DNA of 58,995 nt from an uncultured Methanosarcinales archaeon (GTDB taxonomy: Archaea > Nanobdellota > Nanobdellia > Woesearchaeales > GW2011-AR4). Positions 48,043 through 54,918 of this stretch are shown one piece after another; position 1 is the first letter of the stretch, and every line of letters starts with the position of its first letter. The position numbers and the translations under genes are program-made. Under the pieces are notes generated by a model. That model made no database searches, had not been told where the DNA came from, and saw only the letters and a list, made by a program, of their open reading frames with translations. Location of the stretch: the NCBI GenBank assembly GCA_964436645.1, contig CAYTDO010000009.1:1-58995 (forward strand). The letters are read 5' to 3'.

Positions 48043-48849
48043 TCATTGGTCCATTATCCCGTATAACTCATATAAAATCCTGTCAATGCCCTTTACAATT
48101 TCAAGCCCTTTGCCCTCAACTGTTATGCAATTCTTGTCATAAGCCACCATAGAATTGTTCGATTCCTTGACATAAAGGACAAGCTTATCAGTATTATCGC
48201 AGTTTATAATCGGCCTCTCAAAACAAGCAGCAGTTTCATTCCTGTCGCATGCAGCAATTGGCTGCTTGAAAAATACTTTTGTCATCTGCTGGTTGAAATC
48301 TCCAACTGCCAAAGCAACGCTTGAAAAATCATTCCCCTTAGGGTTAAAGGTCACATAATAATCTGTAGCACTGTTAAAAACGGCAGTATCAAGCACCCCC
48401 TTAACATTTATAGATTCAATTTCTTTAGGATTGTATCTGAACTGGATATTATAGAATCTTGTTCCCTTTGGGCTTACAAGCTGTGTATACCATAAGTCCT
48501 CGAACTTGACAAAAGAGTAAACGCCTTTATAGAGGAATCCCTGGTCTTCTTTCAGTTTTCCTTTGAAGTTAAGCGCATGAAGATCCTCTATTGTTTTTGG
48601 CTCAACCTTTGTGAAATATTTTAGCCCAAAAAAACCCGCAAAGCCGATTAAAATCAGAATGACGGCTATTATTAGCAATTTGTCAGATCTTAAAGGAGTT
48701 TCCTTTACTTCTTCATGATGCTCTTCCTTATGCGCTTCCTCATCCTCATGCATATCTTCTATATTTTTTTTCTCGCGTTCATACTCTTCTTTAGTTATGA
48801 AGCCGTCATCATGGCTTTTTTTCAGCGCATCCAGCTTTTTCTCTTTCAT
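48043..48849 (-). CDS. hypothetical membrane-anchored protein with SHOCT-like N-terminus
   Basis: 268 aa with GFITKEEYEREKKNI (SHOCT-like), an acidic/His linker, one TM helix and an extracytoplasmic domain ending NCITVEGKG. Confidence 0.55.
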   Translation of the reverse strand: MKEKKLDALKKSHDDGFITKEEYEREKKNIEDMHEDEEAHKEEHHEEVKETPLRSDKLLIIAVILILIGFAGFFGLKYFTKVEPKTIEDLHALNFKGKLKEDQGFLYKGVYSFVKFEDLWYTQLVSPKGTRFYNIQFRYNPKEIESINVKGVLDTAVFNSATDYYVTFNPKGNDFSSVALAVGDFNQQMTKVFFKQPIAACDRNETAACFERPIINCDNTDKLVLYVKESNNSMVAYDKNCITVEGKGLEIVKGIDRILYELYGIMDQ

Positions 48850-48935
48850 TTTGCTTGGAAACTTACTTTAATTTATAAGATTTATTGGTTTTAATGAGAT
48901 AATATTTCTTGCAATGAAATCCCCCGTATACCCAC

Positions 48936-49517
48936 TTAAATTATCCCAAGAATGCCGTAAACCAGCCTGTCCTTTAGCCTCATCGTTTCAGCAGCATTAG
49001 AAGACTCTGCAACGATGCAATTATTCTCCAGGTAAGCTTTTGTCTGGTTTGCACTCCTAAAATAGATTACCGGAACAAAGCTTGCGGCATCCTCGCATTT
49101 TATAACTGGAAAATTTGAAATATTCTCAATAAATCCATTTCTGAAAAATTTCCCGAAATTATTCAAAGTAGCGCGCATTTGGAATTGCGCAAGCGCTATT
49201 GGCTCCTTAAGCGTGTCATTGAATTTGGAGGTGCTGTCAATTTGGGCAGTATTCTTAAGCCTGTCAATAAAATCATCATTGATTGTTATATCATCCACCT
49301 GGTCGGGAAGATAGGTGAATAATGCCTCTTTTCCATCTACTTTAGCGCTCCAATATCCGCCCTTGTCATAGAACTTGAGGCCGTTATATTTTACAACTCC
49401 CCCTCCGCCCGTTCCAAAGCCAAAAAAAATAACTCCAAAAGCGCTGAATACCATTATGAACCCTATGAAATAGCCTATTAGCTTTTTCCCAATGCTTTTT
49501 TCTTCCTGCCTTATCAT
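48936..49517 (-). CDS. hypothetical membrane-anchored protein, paralogue of 48043-48849 ectodomain
   Basis: 193 aa with one TM helix. PVIKCEDAAS...NNCIVAES parallels PIINCDNTDK...KNCITVEG in its neighbour. Confidence 0.5.
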   Translation of the reverse strand: MIRQEEKSIGKKLIGYFIGFIMVFSAFGVIFFGFGTGGGGVVKYNGLKFYDKGGYWSAKVDGKEALFTYLPDQVDDITINDDFIDRLKNTAQIDSTSKFNDTLKEPIALAQFQMRATLNNFGKFFRNGFIENISNFPVIKCEDAASFVPVIYFRSANQTKAYLENNCIVAESSNAAETMRLKDRLVYGILGII

Positions 49518-49561
49518 AGGAAAAAGTAAATTATGTATCTATTTAAACGTTTTTATGGATT

Positions 49562-49773
49562 GGCGTTATTGAAAAGTTGCGGCGCCATCAATATTGCGAG
49601 GCTCATTTAATCGAACATCTAACCGGCCAGAGGGACGGCTCCTGCGGAGAATGCCAGCCTTCGCTAAAAACATTAAGTGCGAGCCGATGCCCCTTGAGCA
49701 AAGCGAACGGGACGCTGGAAATTTCAGATTTCCAAGTGGCACCCGAACGAAGTGAGGGCTTTTCAATAACGCC
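49562..49773 (+). mobile_element. MITE family B copy 1
   Basis: 212 bp with perfect 15 bp TIR GGCGTTATTGAAAAG/CTTTTCAATAACGCC. It is flanked by the direct repeat TATGGATT (49554-49561 and 49774-49781). Confidence 0.85.
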
Positions 49774-49897
49774 TATGGATTTGAATTATTATTCAGTATT
49801 GCTCAATTAATATTGCCTGCGAGTATAAGGTGTCTCAATTGATTTAGGGCAAGCCATCCTCTTATAGGAACAATTGGACAGGCATCGAAGAAATTCT

Positions 49898-50521
49898 TTA
49901 GCCCTTATTTTCTCCTCGCCTATACATCTCCCTCAAGAATCGCCATTTTTCCATCACACTTTGATTAATATCATGAGGTATGCCGCTGTCAATTTCATTT
50001 TTTGAATAGCCAAAATTTTGAGCTTGAGAGTATAATCTTTTCCTGGCTGCGTTAATTTCTGCTATATCTTCTTTTAAACTTGAGCTTAGCGGCAGCTGCT
50101 CTTCATCTTTCCTTTCCAGAACATTAAGGGCAATTATTCTCCCGCGCACATAAGATAAGTAGCTCCTATCCCCTAATCTTGATTCTGCCAACCTTTCCAT
50201 TGCTTCCTCTATCTGCGATTTTTTATAATCGGCATTAGGGATGGTATGCTTTTGAGAAGAATATGCCGCTATTGTATCAAGAAAACCTCGCAGTGTCTGA
50301 AGATATATCTTATCCGGCCCTTCCATAATCTGCTCAGAACGAATAAAATCGCTGATTCCATACCTTGCAAAATGCCTGTCAATCCCTGTGCGATAAGCTT
50401 CGAGAGTATTTTCGTCAAGAGAATGAAGTAAACTGCCCTCAGTGCCCCTGCTTAAAGCAGCATTCTGCGCAGCGTCATGTAAAGATAGTATAAGCAGCAC
50501 CCTAGAATCAAGGCTGACCAT
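49898..50521 (-). CDS. hypothetical protein (orphan)
   Basis: 207 aa, predicted helical, with no recognisable motif. Confidence 0.5.
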   Translation of the reverse strand: MVSLDSRVLLILSLHDAAQNAALSRGTEGSLLHSLDENTLEAYRTGIDRHFARYGISDFIRSEQIMEGPDKIYLQTLRGFLDTIAAYSSQKHTIPNADYKKSQIEEAMERLAESRLGDRSYLSYVRGRIIALNVLERKDEEQLPLSSSLKEDIAEINAARKRLYSQAQNFGYSKNEIDSGIPHDINQSVMEKWRFLREMYRRGENKG

Positions 50522-50712
50522 TATGGAAGCTTGCTAATCCCAAACCTTTTTTAAAGTTTCCGAATTTAAATAAAATCCTAATGATATAAATCCAAATGAA
50601 ACCACCCTTTCACCTCTTTTTTTTCTTTTTTTCCCTGTTAAGTAAAAGTGGCCCCCGCTTCGTATTATTCGTTGGGGTGGTTTGGAAAGAATTCGTTTAA
50701 CGGGGGCCTTAA

Positions 50713-51114
50713 TCATGATTTAGACGGTTTTCTCATCTCCTTTATCCATAATAAGCCTATCCTTGTCATCTCCTTGTTGAAATTATCGCTTATCTTGTAT
50801 GTTTTCTTGTAAAGATCATAATCAATCAGGCCCATACTTTTCATTGGCGTTAATATCCTATCATAAAATTGCCTTTTGTTGTAGCTTATTTTTACCTTCT
50901 TACCCTTGTAAGGCGCTTCATCAATCAATGTTGTGACATAATTGCCTTCGTGCAGCTTTGTCGCAAATAATGACATCTCTGTCTTGTTTATCTCGCCGTT
51001 ATTTGATTTTATCATGTCTATCAGCAGCTTTGCTACTATAATCTGCTGTTTTGTTGCGAATACTACCTCAAATATATCTTCTGGCAGGTTAAACCTGTCA
51101 AACAACACTACCAT
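50713..51114 (-). CDS. hypothetical protein, possible winged-helix DNA-binding fold
   Basis: 133 aa. The segment QFYDRILTPMKSMGLIDYDLYKKTYKIS looks like a recognition helix plus wing, a weak by-eye call. Confidence 0.45.
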   Translation of the reverse strand: MVVLFDRFNLPEDIFEVVFATKQQIIVAKLLIDMIKSNNGEINKTEMSLFATKLHEGNYVTTLIDEAPYKGKKVKISYNKRQFYDRILTPMKSMGLIDYDLYKKTYKISDNFNKEMTRIGLLWIKEMRKPSKS

Positions 51115-51187
51115 TTTTGGTATAGAACCATACTTCTATATAAATGTTACGTTTTTGTATACTAGTTTAGGGATTTGTACTAAGAAT

Positions 51188-51468
51188 GCATTGAAAAGTT
51201 GAAGGGTGTCATCAACCTGCGAACACTTGTTAGAACACAATTAAGCTGACAAAGGGGATGCTCCTGCTCGAAAATGCTTTGCATTTTCGGGGCACCACGT
51301 AAAGTGGCTACGGGAAACCACTGAAGGTGGCGATAAACTCCGTTCAAGCATGTCAGCCTTCGCTAAAAACATTAAGTGCGAGCCGATGTCCCTGAGCAAA
51401 GCGAACGGGACACTGGAAATTTCAGATTTCCAAGTGGCACCCGAACGAAAGTGAGGGCTTTTCAATGC
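51188..51468 (+). mobile_element. MITE family B copy 2 (carries a ~70 nt internal insertion)
   Basis: 281 bp with 11 bp TIR GCATTGAAAAG/CTTTTCAATGC. The last ~113 bp differ from copy 1 at about 4 positions. Flanks ACTAAGAAT (51179-51187) and ACTTAAGAAT (51469-51478) form an imperfect target duplication that includes the xpd stop codon. Confidence 0.8.
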
Positions 51469-51470
51469 AC

Positions 51471-53348
51471 TTAAGAATTAGATTCAAAAAACCTTCCAAT
51501 CCTATCCTCATACATCTTAGTTATCTTAAAATCCATGCCAGCAGGCAATAATTTCATGTAATTATCCCATGCAAACCTTTCATCCAGGAAAACAATAACA
51601 CCTTTATCCGTCTCCGTCCTTATGCACCTTCCTGCATTTTGCAAACATTTAGTGATAGCAGGGAAAATATACCCATAATTCATTCCATTTCCGAACTTAT
51701 CTTCATAATAATCAATCAACTCTTTTGTCTCCAAATCAGGTTTTTCCAATGGAAGCCCAACAATGACAACAGCTTTCAAAAAATCTCCCGGCAGATCTAT
51801 ACCCTCTCCAAAATTACCGGTCGAAACAGCCAATAAAACAGCCCCTTCATCCTTGTTGTCTCTAAATTCCTGCAGCATTCCATCTTTCTCTTCCTTGCTT
51901 AAATTTTGTTTTTCAATTATTTTTTTCCTGCTGCACATACCATAGAATTCCTTGTATACTTTATCCCTTAAATTATAGCTGGGAAAAAACAAAGCGGCAT
52001 TTCCGGGGACTTTATTCACGATTTTGTTGCAGGCCTCCGCTATCTTTCTATACTCATCATTCCCCCTTCTTGTAAACTTTGTTGTTGTTTCCGGCACAAT
52101 CAAGCATAAGCGATTCTCCTTAGGGAATGGATTGGAATATACCCTTTCAAAAGAGTCATTAGGAAAGCCCAAAACATCTTTGTACATGTTTGTTGGGGTC
52201 AATGTGCCCGACATTATTATTGTGGAATAGCTCCTTTCTATAGCATCCCTGGTTACTAATGAAGGATCAAGGCATCTATAATTCAATATCAGCCCCTGAT
52301 TCTTGAAATCCCTTGAAAGTATTCTTGCAAACCCTTTGTCATTATTTTCCCATGCCTCCAGGAATTTTGCAATGCTTGCCAAGTAGCTTTGCTTTTGTTT
52401 TTCTCTTATCAGATCCGCGGCAAATGAAAGTTCAGTAATAATATCCTCATATTTTGTTTTTCCTTCATTGACACTATCTGTGAATTCATACCTCCTTACA
52501 AGCTTTTCTTCATTATTAAAGTCTAAATTTGCTCCAAGGTTATTTATCACATCTCGGATTTGATTAAGCATTGAAAGCGCATTGAAAAGCTCGAACTTTC
52601 CAGCTTCCTTTATTGCCCTGTCAATTATGACGCTTGAAATTTTGAAAGTCAGCAGCTCTCTTGCCCTTCCGGGAAGATTGTGCCCTTCATCTACAATGAT
52701 TATGCTCTCTTCCAGTTTTTTATCAGCCCTTCCAAACAACCCATCCCGTATAGCAGTATTGAATATTGAATTATAGTCCGCAATTATGACCTTGGCATCT
52801 TTTGCCATCATCGAAACCATTTCATACGGGCATAGCTTTGGCTTTCTGCAATGCCCGACAACATCCCCTACATGCATAGGCCCTAAAATCTTAAGCTCGC
52901 TCAGGTTTTTTTCAGCTTCAACAGTTGGCCTTCTGGACGTATTCCTCGTGTTTAGATAGAATTCACATTCATTACCATCTCTCAATTTTTTGCAATATTC
53001 TATAAAATCCCCTGCCGGCAAAGCATCAACTTCCTGCAGGCACATCCCTTTCTTTCCTATTATGTCAGCAACCCCAAAATCCACATTATGTCTTTTTTTT
53101 ATTTTTTTTAAAGTTTCAACTGCAATCCAATGCTGTGTCTGCCTTGACGTGAGGAAAAACACTGTTAAGCCCTTGTCCATAGCAAAGCTCAATGCAGGCG
53201 CAAGCGCAGAAGCAGTTTTTCCTATCCCGGTAGGCGCATGCATCACCATGCTTCTCTTGTTTTTCAGCACGTTATAGACATCAGAAACAACAGTATCCTG
53301 TACCTTTCTTATATTGTCATGAGGAAATAGGATTTTTTCATCTTGCAT
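51471..53348 (-). CDS. xpd: XPD/Rad3-family FeS DNA helicase
   Basis: 625 aa with Walker A HAPTGIGKT, DEGH box (VDEGHNL), a four-Cys cluster between motifs I and II, and C-terminal helicase motifs (GNFGEGID, QNAGRCIR). Confidence 0.85.
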   Translation of the reverse strand: MQDEKILFPHDNIRKVQDTVVSDVYNVLKNKRSMVMHAPTGIGKTASALAPALSFAMDKGLTVFFLTSRQTQHWIAVETLKKIKKRHNVDFGVADIIGKKGMCLQEVDALPAGDFIEYCKKLRDGNECEFYLNTRNTSRRPTVEAEKNLSELKILGPMHVGDVVGHCRKPKLCPYEMVSMMAKDAKVIIADYNSIFNTAIRDGLFGRADKKLEESIIIVDEGHNLPGRARELLTFKISSVIIDRAIKEAGKFELFNALSMLNQIRDVINNLGANLDFNNEEKLVRRYEFTDSVNEGKTKYEDIITELSFAADLIREKQKQSYLASIAKFLEAWENNDKGFARILSRDFKNQGLILNYRCLDPSLVTRDAIERSYSTIIMSGTLTPTNMYKDVLGFPNDSFERVYSNPFPKENRLCLIVPETTTKFTRRGNDEYRKIAEACNKIVNKVPGNAALFFPSYNLRDKVYKEFYGMCSRKKIIEKQNLSKEEKDGMLQEFRDNKDEGAVLLAVSTGNFGEGIDLPGDFLKAVVIVGLPLEKPDLETKELIDYYEDKFGNGMNYGYIFPAITKCLQNAGRCIRTETDKGVIVFLDERFAWDNYMKLLPAGMDFKITKMYEDRIGRFFESNS

Positions 53349-53413
53349 AAATGCCGGGTTATTTCTGCTTATAATTATTTTTGGTTTTTATTGAGATGAA
53401 GTTATTGATAATC

Positions 53414-53421
53414 TTTTTAAA
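53414..53421 (+). promoter_or_regulatory. TATA-like box for tRNA-Ala
   Basis: TTTTTAAA ends 27 nt upstream of tRNA position 1, the expected archaeal spacing. Confidence 0.4.
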
Positions 53422-53447
53422 CTATTGTAAATTTCATGAAATTTAAT

Positions 53448-53604
53448 GGGCCGGTAGTTAAACCTGGTATAACGCACCCATGGCATGGGTGAGGCTTCGG
53501 GTTCAAAACAGCTGCGAAATCAGCTGGCACTTTACGGGGCATGCGCTACGCTTAGCCCCTTGTGCTCACTACGTTCGCATCTGGTGAAAGTCCCGACCGG
53601 TCCA
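53448..53604 (+). tRNA. tRNA-Ala(GGC) with ~83 nt intron in the T-loop (after nt 59; intron ~53508-53590, boundary ambiguous by 1 nt)
   Basis: Hand-folded. Acceptor GGGCCGG/CCGGTCC has the G3:U70 alanine identity pair, with discriminator A. D arm is GTTA-AACCTGGTA-TAAC. Anticodon arm is CACCC-ATGGCAT-GGGTG (anticodon GGC). T stem TCGGG/CCCGA is split by the insert, and T-loop TTCAAA|T is restored after removal. Confidence 0.8.
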
Positions 53605-53609
53605 TTTTT
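53605..53609 (+). terminator. oligo-T termination signal after tRNA-Ala
   Basis: TTTTT lies immediately after the discriminator base. Confidence 0.4.
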
Positions 53610-53821
53610 AAACTCCCTAAGCATTGGTTCTAAAAAAGTTCATATGGTTTCAATTAAAACCAATCAGTAACCCCTCAGTTTATAGTCCAAATAAAGTTGT
53701 TTTATTATACAAATGTCAAACAAAATCCTCTACGCATCAGACTTGCATGGAAACAAGGCCCATACAATAAGCTATAAAAAAATCAAAACCCTTAAAAATA
53801 ACTTAAAACCTATTGATAAAA

Positions 53822-54232
53822 ATGGGAGACTGCATATTCTGCAAAATAATATCTGGAAAAATACCATCTGCAAAGGTATTTGAAGATAATAGTGCAATGA
53901 GTTTTCTTGACATAATGCCAGCTAACAAAGGCCATTGCCTTGTTGTTCCAAAGAGCCACTACGAAACTTTCCTAGACATTTCTGATGAAGACCTTAAAAA
54001 CCTGATTTTAGCGGCAAAAAAAGTCGCAAAAGCCCTTTCATTGTCTATAGGCAGCGGCAGCTATAACTTTGTCATGAATAATGGAAAAGAAGCAGGGCAG
54101 GTTGTAGCTCATGCCCACATACATCTAATCCCCAGATTCAAGGATGACCGGCTTAGGATAAAGTGGTCTCATAAGAAATATGAAGAAAATGAGATGAAGG
54201 AGATGCAGGAAAAGATTAGGAAGTTTGTTTAA
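53822..54232 (+). CDS. HIT family (histidine triad) nucleotide hydrolase
   Basis: Starts at the ATG at 53822 (MGDCIFCKI). The histidine triad HAHIHLIP is present. Confidence 0.85.
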   Translation: MGDCIFCKIISGKIPSAKVFEDNSAMSFLDIMPANKGHCLVVPKSHYETFLDISDEDLKNLILAAKKVAKALSLSIGSGSYNFVMNNGKEAGQVVAHAHIHLIPRFKDDRLRIKWSHKKYEENEMKEMQEKIRKFV

Positions 54233-54301
54233 AAAGCCTTTTCTAGCTTTTAAACCAAATTAAAAAATATTAAATATAACCCTAAACTCTGCTTTTCCGG
54301 G

Positions 54302-54916
54302 ATGGTTACCAAGCTTAAAAAGCAGATAATAGTGGAAGGCGATGAAGACAAGGAACACCTTGGCTTAGTGCATATTGTAACCGGAGATGGCAAAGGAAAG
54401 ACTACTTCTGGATTAGGCCTTGCGGTAAGGGCATTGGGTAGCAATTTAAGAGTATATATTATACAGTTCCTTAAATCAGGCAATACTGGTGAAATTTATA
54501 CCATAAAAAAACACCTCCCAGGGATAGATATAATTCAATTTGGAGTGGATGCAGTAAGGGAAAGGCAGCAGAAACTGGACAGTTTTGTCGATAAGGGGAG
54601 CAAATTTGTCTTTAATGCTGATGTAGAGGAAAAAGAAGCTGCAAATTTAGGTTTTGAGCATGCAAAGAAAATAATCCGGTCAGGAGATTATGATCTCGTA
54701 ATACTGGATGAAATCAATGTAGTTCTTGACAAAGGCCTTATCCCGATGAAGGAAATCCTAGATTTGATTGAAGCTCATGGGAAAGTTGAGCTGTATTTTA
54801 CAGGAAGAGATGCCCCCCAGGAGATAATGGATAAAGCCGATTATGTCCAGATTGTAAAGGGAATAAAGCATCCATGGCAGAAAGGAATAAAAGCAAGGAA
54901 GGGAATTGAGTACTAA
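54302..54916 (+). CDS. cobO: cob(I)yrinic acid a,c-diamide / cob(I)alamin adenosyltransferase (CobA/CobO/BtuR family)
   Basis: 204 aa with GLVHIVTGDGKGKTTSGLGLAVRALG, LVILDEIN and KHPWQKGIKARKGIEY. Confidence 0.8.
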   Translation: MVTKLKKQIIVEGDEDKEHLGLVHIVTGDGKGKTTSGLGLAVRALGSNLRVYIIQFLKSGNTGEIYTIKKHLPGIDIIQFGVDAVRERQQKLDSFVDKGSKFVFNADVEEKEAANLGFEHAKKIIRSGDYDLVILDEINVVLDKGLIPMKEILDLIEAHGKVELYFTGRDAPQEIMDKADYVQIVKGIKHPWQKGIKARKGIEY

Positions 54917-54918
54917 AA

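Noticed and set aside
49566-49810. ORFs 49566..49766 (-, 66 aa) and 49577..49810 (+, 77 aa) inside MITE B1, and the similar 51241..51465 (-, 74 aa) inside B2. The two minus-strand ORFs both begin MKSPHF.
   Set aside because: They lie wholly within non-coding repeat copies. The two copies differ by indels that shift the frame (MKSPHFVRVPLGNLKF versus MKSPHFRSGATWKSEI), so no protein is conserved. The shared N-terminus just reflects the near-identical repeat end.
50534-50716. 60 aa very basic ORF with an ATGA overlap to the upstream 133 aa gene.
   Set aside because: Not listed as a feature because the same DNA forms a strong stem plus long-range pairing and includes a long homopurine tract. 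Coding versus RNA cannot be decided without comparative data. It is kept as an alternative in the findings.
53485-53670. ORF 53485..53670 (+, 61 aa).
   Set aside because: It overlaps the tRNA-Ala gene and its intron. The GC-rich RNA gene explains the open frame.
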